DNA of 41,291 nucleotides from a virus (Duplodnaviria; Heunggongvirae; Uroviricota; Caudoviricetes): IMG/VR virus record IMGVR_UViG_2537562194_000035; one strand, 5' to 3'. Shown piece by piece: positions 36,041 to 41,291 of this stretch (position 1 is its first letter; each line of letters starts with the position of its first letter). The notes under the pieces were generated by a model. It saw only the letters and a program-made list of their open reading frames with translations, ran no database searches and was not told where the DNA came from. The position numbers and the translations under genes were made by a program.

Positions 36041-38080
36041 ATGACGTCCAAATGGGTTCAACTATCATCAATGCCCGGAAACTTTACTGTTAAAGTTTCC
36101 GGTGGTACAGCGGCATTTCTTGAGGCTCCCTTTCCTCCGGCCGAAACAAAAGGAGGAATGACATTTGCTGACTGTCTCATCAGTTTTAATACACGGGATT
36201 GCCTGTGGGTAAGGCCAGTATCCGGTGATCCGAGTGTGGAAATTACCGGAGCGGGTATTGGTGCGGTCATTCCGTTAAGTGCTGATGTTGCCGGTACTGC
36301 TGAACCGTCAGACTGGGATAATGCTGAAACACATACCCGTCCGTCAGGAAATGAAACTGCTTCCAGCTCCCCTTCCTGGTATTACGTGGTGGTTCTTGCT
36401 GGTCAGTCAAACGGTATGGCTTACGGTGAAGGTCTGCCACTGCCGGAGACATATGACCGCCCCGAACCGCGTATTATGCAGTTAGCCCGTCGCAGTACAG
36501 TCACGCCGGGAGGTAAAGCCTGTCAGTATAACGACATCATTCTGGCCGACCACTGTCTGCATGATGTGCAGGATATGAGTGGAAAAAATCACCCGAAAGC
36601 GGATGTGGCTAAAGGGCAATATGGCACCGTGGGTCAGGGGCTTCACATTGCCAAAAAACTGCTGCCGTTTATTCCGGCAGATGCGGGGATTCTGCTGGTT
36701 CCCTGCTGCCGTGGTGGTTCTGCATTCACGGCGGGTGCTGACGGCACGTACAGTGACAGCACGGGTGCTTCAGAGGACTCAGCCCGCTGGGGTGTGGATA
36801 AGCCGCTGTATAAGGACTTAATCAGCCGGACAAAAGCGGCACTGGCGAAGAACCCGAAAAACCGCCTGCTTGCTGTGGTGTGGATGCAGGGCGAGTTTGA
36901 TATTGATGCGAAGCCGACGGAGCATTCCGCGCTGTTTCTGGCGATGGTGGAAAAATTCCGCGCAGACCTGGCTGAACAGGCGGAACAGTGTACCGGTGGC
37001 AGTGCTGCTGGCGTTCCGTGGATTTGTGGCGATACCACGTATTTCTGGAAACAGAAAAATGAACCGGCATACCAGGCAATCTATGGCGGCTACAAAAACA
37101 AAACAGATAAAAACATTCATTTCGTTCCATTAATGACAGATGAAAATGACGCGAATGTACCCACCAACAATCCGGCAGAAGACCCGGATATTGAATCCAT
37201 TGGTTATTACGGCTCAACGTGGCGTAACAGTGCCGCCACCTGGACATCTGCGGACCGGGCCAGCCATTTCAGTTCATGGGCACGTCGTGGGATTATTTCC
37301 GACCGTCTGGCCACGGCAGTTCTGACTCATGCGGGGCGAACCACAGTAAAAGCCGATGTTCCATCTTCTGAAACTGAAGCACCAGTGCCGTCACCTTCAG
37401 AAACTGAAGCAGTAACCACAACACTGCTGTCTTATCGTGTCAGTGAGTCAGAAGGAAATCTGAAAGCCCAGGGCTGGGAGCCGGCTGGCGGTAAAGCTGA
37501 AATTATCAGTGATGCAGGAGGCACAGGTGGTAAGGCAATGAAACTGACCAAGGAAACAGGTAAATCATCTTGGTATCTGGATCATGATGCCGGTACTGGT
37601 GCTGAACTGCTGAAAAATGGTGGTTTAATCAGTTGTCGTTTTAAAGTACCTGGCGACCTGGTGGCAAACCAGTATGTCATGGGGCTTTACTGGCCGGTTT
37701 CCTCTCTGCCGCAGGGTGTCACCCTGACAGGGGATGCAGGGAATAATCTGCTGGCATCGTTCTACATCCAGACAGACGCAAAAGACCTGAATGTGATGTA
37801 CCACAATGCAAAAGTGGCAACAAATAACCAGAAACTGGGAACCTTTGGTGCATTTGATAATGAATGGCATACGCTGGCCTTCCGTTTTGCAGGAAATAAC
37901 AGCCTTCAGGTTATTCCGGTTATTGATGGTCAGGATGGTGCCGCGTTTACCCTGACGCAGTCACCAGTAGGAACTTTCCCGGTGGACAAACTCCGCGTAA
38001 CGGATATCACAAAAAATGCAACTTACCCGGTGCTGATTGACAGCATTGTGGTGGAAGTGAAAAAAGCGGTAACAGAATAA
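36041..38080 (+). CDS. Cargo protein: SASA/SGNH-type carbohydrate O-acetylesterase domain (GQSN motif) with C-terminal lectin/jelly-roll-like domain; resembles prophage NanS-p sialate O-acetylesterases
   Basis: 679 aa; VVLAGQSNGMAYGEG at about residues 117-131 (nt about 36390-36435); Ser/Thr/Glu/Pro linker with a two-copy repeat (15-bp units at 37367-37381 and 37397-37411); about 230-aa C-terminal beta-rich domain. Family assignment from motif only. Confidence 0.65.
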   Translation: MTSKWVQLSSMPGNFTVKVSGGTAAFLEAPFPPAETKGGMTFADCLISFNTRDCLWVRPVSGDPSVEITGAGIGAVIPLSADVAGTAEPSDWDNAETHTRPSGNETASSSPSWYYVVVLAGQSNGMAYGEGLPLPETYDRPEPRIMQLARRSTVTPGGKACQYNDIILADHCLHDVQDMSGKNHPKADVAKGQYGTVGQGLHIAKKLLPFIPADAGILLVPCCRGGSAFTAGADGTYSDSTGASEDSARWGVDKPLYKDLISRTKAALAKNPKNRLLAVVWMQGEFDIDAKPTEHSALFLAMVEKFRADLAEQAEQCTGGSAAGVPWICGDTTYFWKQKNEPAYQAIYGGYKNKTDKNIHFVPLMTDENDANVPTNNPAEDPDIESIGYYGSTWRNSAATWTSADRASHFSSWARRGIISDRLATAVLTHAGRTTVKADVPSSETEAPVPSPSETEAVTTTLLSYRVSESEGNLKAQGWEPAGGKAEIISDAGGTGGKAMKLTKETGKSSWYLDHDAGTGAELLKNGGLISCRFKVPGDLVANQYVMGLYWPVSSLPQGVTLTGDAGNNLLASFYIQTDAKDLNVMYHNAKVATNNQKLGTFGAFDNEWHTLAFRFAGNNSLQVIPVIDGQDGAAFTLTQSPVGTFPVDKLRVTDITKNATYPVLIDSIVVEVKKAVTE

Positions 38081-38084
38081 AAAA

Positions 38085-38115
38085 ATCCCGCCGGTCATGA
38101 TATGGCTGGCGGGAG
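38085..38115. terminator. Imperfect hairpin after the esterase gene
   Basis: CCCGCC / GGCGGG arms with A-run upstream and no T-tract downstream on the plus strand. Confidence 0.3.
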
Positions 38116-38226
38116 CTACCTAACCCATAAAGGAAAATAAAAATACTCCCGAAGGAGTGGTTATCAGTCGCTTCGATGTTTTTACCCGATAACGAATTAT
38201 GTAGTCAATATCAAAGGTAAGGTTAT

Positions 38227-38409
38227 ATGACATTCGTTCATACAATGCTGCTTTATTTCTGCGCTGTGGTCAGTGCGTTATATCTGGTGAGCGGTGGTTA
38301 TAAGGTCATCAGAAATTATATTCGCCGTAAAATTGATGATGCGGCAGCTGAAAAACTCAGTAAAACAGCACAGGCACCGTCATCCCCAAACGACCCGACC
38401 CCGCTCTGA
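38227..38409 (+). CDS. Small membrane protein (single TM helix)
   Basis: 60 aa, AAGGTAAGG SD; hydrophobic LLYFCAVVSALYLVSGG. Confidence 0.5.
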   Translation: MTFVHTMLLYFCAVVSALYLVSGGYKVIRNYIRRKIDDAAAEKLSKTAQAPSSPNDPTPL

Positions 38410-38444
38410 TAACGGGGCAATATACCTGCAAAAGGAGAATATTC

Positions 38445-38690
38445 ATGCCAGAGATTAAAGGCACGGTTACTGAAGAGCTTGTCAAACAGGCACTTTATTC
38501 TGAAGAAGTGAACCGCGTGCTGAAGGCGCAGGTTCGCAAGGATTTTGAGGCACAAATCGACGCATATGTTGATGAAGTGCTGGCCCGAATGGTTGGCCGT
38601 TCTCCGGCTGAAAACAGCACGGAAAATGATCCTCAACCCGTAGAGCAACCAGAGCCGGTTCAGCCCGGAACTGACGGTACTATGACGTAA
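38445..38690 (+). CDS. Small acidic hypothetical protein
   Basis: 81 aa, strong AAGGAG SD; followed by a hairpin. Confidence 0.55.
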   Translation: MPEIKGTVTEELVKQALYSEEVNRVLKAQVRKDFEAQIDAYVDEVLARMVGRSPAENSTENDPQPVEQPEPVQPGTDGTMT

Positions 38691-38696
38691 CAATAC

Positions 38697-38732
38697 CGAC
38701 CGGCAGGTTTCCCTGCCGGGTGAGTTTGTTAA
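38697..38732 (+). terminator. Hairpin terminator after the small acidic gene
   Basis: CCGGCAGG tttc CCTGCCGG (38700-38719), followed by GTGAGTTTGTT. Confidence 0.5.
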
Positions 38733-39008
38733 TGCACGTTTTGTGTATTTTCCCTCCTGGGAGAACAGGCAGGACATATCAGCATCCTGAAACAGGAAGC
38801 ATTTTTGGGTTTGTATGTCTTGCCATTTTGAGATCGAGAACGGCGATAGATGAGCTGTAAGGGAGTCTTACAGGCAGGGCAAACAGGCTCTTTCATCCAT
38901 GATAAAGATCTCCTTTTTATGCATCTCTGCTTTACAGGAGACCGGGGAATATCATAGGATACGCCACGAGCTCGAAGTAAAGCATTGATGCAAGTTTTTA
39001 CAGATTGA

Positions 39009-39046
39009 CCCAGCATAGTTCCAGCTATGCTGGGTTTCACTTTTAT
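39009..39046 (+). terminator. Strong rho-independent terminator
   Basis: Perfect 10-bp stem CCCAGCATAG / CTATGCTGGG, 6-nt loop, then TTTCACTTTTAT. Confidence 0.7.
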
Positions 39047-39235
39047 GTAGTATCCTGTTGATTTGAAACATACTACATATACGCGTGATCCTACCTTCAC
39101 TGTATAAAAAGTCAATAAAATGATCATTTTATGATCGTTTTCACCACCTAACTCTTCGTTTTCTTTAAGTAAATAATCACCTCCCTGAATCATTGTTGAT
39201 GACTTTTCAATCTATTTGTTGTATCAATTAAACAA

Positions 39236-39307
39236 ATCGAATCGATCGTTTTTGTCGATCGATTGCATGAGAAAGGCATCAACAACAAAGCAGGAGGTTA
39301 TGCGGTC
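39236..39307 (+). promoter_or_regulatory. com-mom control region with clustered Dam (GATC) sites
   Basis: GATC at 39244-39247 and 39257-39260 within palindromic ATCGATCG...TCGATCGAT, about 50-65 bp upstream of com; AGGAGG SD at 39292-39297. Confidence 0.5.
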
Positions 39308-39508
39308 ATGTATCGAAACATACGGTGCCGACACTGCAATAAGCTACTGGCACGGGCCAGTTTCAGTTATCTGGAAGTAAAATGTCCGCGCTGTAAAACC
39401 CTCAATCAAATCACATCTCCGAGCGCCACAGAGCACCCCACATACACAAGGAAATCCTGTCGTGGGGAACAGAAAGCAAGTCACATCCCGAATCATCAGC
39501 ACGCCTGA
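39308..39508 (+). CDS. com: Com zinc-finger translational activator of mom
   Basis: [35 protein letters not shown] resembles Mu Com (four Cys, CxxC...CxxC); 3' end overlaps the start of mom. Confidence 0.8.
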   Translation: MYRNIRCRHCNKLLARASFSYLEVKCPRCKTLNQITSPSATEHPTYTRKSCRGEQKASHIPNHQHA

Positions 39509-40199
39509 ACTTATTCGCTATAACGACAATATCGTTGGTTATGGCTCCCGTGAGTTGCGGGTTGAGACAATAAGTTGCTGGCTGGCCAGACTGGTCATCG
39601 TCAATAAACATTACAGCCACCGTTTCGTAAATAACTCCTACCTTCATCTGGGCATATTTTCAGAACGGGAACTTGTTGGCGTAATGCAATGGGGTTACGC
39701 CCTTAACCCAAACAGTGGTGCACGCGTCGTAACGGGTACGCAGAACCGAGAATATATGGAGCTTAACCGGCTATGGCTGCATGACTGTATGCCGAGAAAC
39801 TCCGAATCAAGGGCAATCAGTTACGCGCTCAAGCTAATCAGGCAGCTTTATCCGCAGGTACAGTGGGTTCAGTCGTTTGCAGATGAGCGTTGTGGCTGTC
39901 TTGGTGTCGTGTATCAGGCAAGCAATTTTGATTATGTAGGCAGCCATGAATCAATATTCTATGAACTTGATGGCGAGTGGTATCACGAGATTTGCAGGAA
40001 TGCCATTAAACGAGGCGGACAACGAGGTGAACATCTGAGGGCTAATATTGACAGAGCCAGTGTTCATAAGTTCCGACAGTTTCGTTACATCCGGTTTCTG
40101 AACAAGAGGGCCAGAAAACGCCTCAACACAAAGCTATTCAAAGTCCAGCCTTACCCAAAACCACAAACAGTTAAAACTGGTTTGAAAGAGAGTGAATGA
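39462..40199 (+). CDS. mom: Mom-like DNA modification protein
   Basis: 245-aa ORF overlapping com, last gene before the right end, as in Mu; identity rests on synteny with com and size. Confidence 0.65.
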   Translation: MGNRKQVTSRIISTPELIRYNDNIVGYGSRELRVETISCWLARLVIVNKHYSHRFVNNSYLHLGIFSERELVGVMQWGYALNPNSGARVVTGTQNREYMELNRLWLHDCMPRNSESRAISYALKLIRQLYPQVQWVQSFADERCGCLGVVYQASNFDYVGSHESIFYELDGEWYHEICRNAIKRGGQRGEHLRANIDRASVHKFRQFRYIRFLNKRARKRLNTKLFKVQPYPKPQTVKTGLKESE

Positions 40200-40229
40200 G
40201 CGCTTAAAAACTCATTCTAAAACTCAAAA

Positions 40230-40345
40230 GAAAAGCGCCGATTTAGTATCAAATAAGTTGCGTATCGGCGTTTTTCAGCGGTATCAAATGAAATGCAAAT
40301 CGGTATCAAAAAAATCGCCGCGCTATACGACGCGTTCGTTACTCA
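40230..40345. other. Estimated prophage right end (attR) with repeated candidate transposase-binding motifs
   Basis: Repeats of CGGTATCAAA (40278-40287, 40301-40310) and related CGTATCGGCG; GCGTTTTTC resembles the Mu R1 core; terminal CA at 40344-40345 coincides with the point where the downstream frame becomes protein-like. Exact end not determined. Confidence 0.4.
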
Positions 40346-40494
40346 ATACCGCTAAAGTCATGGTAAACAACCCGGTAGCGTTACGCTTAAAAGAACTGGA
40401 AACGCTGGAGAGAGTGGCTGAACGGATCGATAACATCTCTGTATTTGGCGGTCTGGATCAGGTTCTGCATGGGTTGGTTAATATCAAAGGGTGA
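40346..40494 (+). pseudogene. Probable 3' remnant of a host gene disrupted by the prophage
   Basis: The track ORF 40192-40494 has a Lys/Arg-rich N-terminal half encoded by the AT-rich phage end and a protein-like C-terminal 49 codons ending 5 nt before the next gene's ATG. Confidence 0.4.
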
Positions 40495-40499
40495 GTAAC

Positions 40500-41291
40500 A
40501 TGCCATTAAATGGAGTCAGTGCTGCGATGCGAGAAAGGGTATCGCAGCAGTTAAAAGAAATTGAACGGCGGTATGATGTGAAAGTACTGTACGCCTGTGA
40601 ATCAGGGAGCCGCGGCTGGGGATTTGCCTCGCCCGACAGCGACTACGATGTACGGTTTTTGTATGTTCACCCGCTGGAATGGTATCTGCGAGTAGAGTCA
40701 CCGCGCGATGTTATTGAGCTGCCCATCGACGACGAGTTAGATGTTTCCGGTTGGGAGTGGCGTAAGGCGCTGGGATTATTGAAAGGCGCGAACCCGACGC
40801 TGATAGAATGGCTGGATTCTCCGGTGGTTTATCAACAAGATGAAGAAACGATAACGGCGTTTAAGGCAATGGTCCCAATGTGGTTTTCTCCGCTGCGTGC
40901 GCGCTGGCATTACTATTCGATGGCGCAGAAAAACTTCCCCGGATATTTGCAGGGCGACGAAGTTCGACTGAAAAAATACTTTTACGTGCTGCGTCCGCTG
41001 CTGGCCGTGCGCTGGGTCGAAGCGGGTAAAGGCGTACCGCCAATGCGCTTTGCTGAGTTACTGGCGGGAAGCGAACTTGATGCGCCGTTACGTGCAGAAA
41101 TAGACGAATTACTGGAACGTAAACAGCGCGCAGGAGAAGCGGAATATGGTCCGCGCCGTCCATTGTTACATGCGTTTATTCGTGCGGAACTGGCGCGTGG
41201 GGAAATTCCACCGCTGTTACCGGATAGCAGAGAAGGGGACGTTAAGGAACTGGATAGCTTAATGTACCAGACGGTAATGCGCCGGGCATAA
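40500..41291 (+). CDS. Nucleotidyltransferase-fold protein (Pol-beta-like NTase motif GSxxxG...DxD), probable host flank
   Basis: ATG 40500 with AGGGTGAG SD (track start is a GTG at 40491); motif CESGSRGWGFASPDSDYDV; ends at the window edge with a stop. Confidence 0.7.
   Translation: MPLNGVSAAMRERVSQQLKEIERRYDVKVLYACESGSRGWGFASPDSDYDVRFLYVHPLEWYLRVESPRDVIELPIDDELDVSGWEWRKALGLLKGANPTLIEWLDSPVVYQQDEETITAFKAMVPMWFSPLRARWHYYSMAQKNFPGYLQGDEVRLKKYFYVLRPLLAVRWVEAGKGVPPMRFAELLAGSELDAPLRAEIDELLERKQRAGEAEYGPRRPLLHAFIRAELARGEIPPLLPDSREGDVKELDSLMYQTVMRRA

Larger units (their letters stand above)
1..40345. mobile_element. Mu-like transposable prophage, partial (left end upstream of window; right end estimated near 40345)
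   Basis: Mu-type gene order and recognisable homologues throughout (repressor, Ner, A, B, Gam, Mor/C, terminase, portal, F, G, I, T, sheath, tube, Gin, Com, Mom). Right boundary is inferred, see the attR feature. Confidence 0.85.

Noticed and set aside
36041-38080. 679-aa protein considered as a tail fibre or tailspike
   Set aside because: Lies downstream of gin, outside the tail operon, with no similarity to the fibre N-terminus; called cargo, though virion association is untested.
38316-38777. Minus-strand 153-aa ORF overlapping the two small plus-strand genes
   Set aside because: The plus-strand ORFs have strong SD sequences and a downstream hairpin; the antisense frame has neither.
38729-39193. 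Minus-strand 154-aa ORF in the AT-rich region upstream of com
   Set aside because: Spans a perfect 10-bp-stem terminator hairpin, has no SD, and gives a very basic low-complexity product; a real gene is not excluded.
40192-40345. N-terminal half of track ORF 40192-40494 as a genuine coding start
   Set aside because: Lys/Arg-rich translation of the AT-rich prophage end with no SD; treated as a chimeric frame across the prophage-host junction.
1-41291. tRNA, rRNA or CRISPR loci
   Set aside because: No cloverleaf-like or rRNA-like non-coding stretch of suitable length noticed; gene density leaves few gaps. Not exhaustively scanned without tools.

Overview
This window is almost entirely a Mu-like transposable prophage, probably from Escherichia/Shigella given an IS629-type insertion; everything here is read by eye from the sequence and the ORF track, with no database search run. 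The left end lies outside the window, which opens at the stop codon of the minus-strand immunity repressor. Gene order then follows phage Mu: ner, transposase A, ATPase B, a long early block of small genes (Kil-like, Gam, GemA-like), a Mor/C-family activator, a lysis cassette (SAR endolysin, overlapping spanins), TraR/DksA-like zinc finger, terminase, portal, head genes, sheath, tube, tape measure, baseplate, tail fibre, an invertible G-like segment with Gin invertase, then com-mom and the right end near 40345. Host flank follows (a 3' gene remnant and a nucleotidyltransferase-family gene). Four things depart from the Mu plan: (1) an intact 1310-bp IS629-like element with a 3-bp GCC target duplication truncates an early gene; (2) the invertible segment carries two alternative fibre C-termini but only one fibre-assembly chaperone, and its two gix-like sites differ at the presumed crossover dinucleotide; (3) a roughly 3.3-kb cargo block sits between gin and com-mom, encoding a 679-aa SASA/SGNH-type esterase with a lectin-like C-terminal domain plus two small genes; (4) a perfect (GCCGAA)8 microsatellite lies inside a head-module gene. 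The best candidates for an undescribed system are the gin-to-com cargo block and the translationally coupled five-gene early block at 6078-8475; neither function can be assigned from sequence alone.
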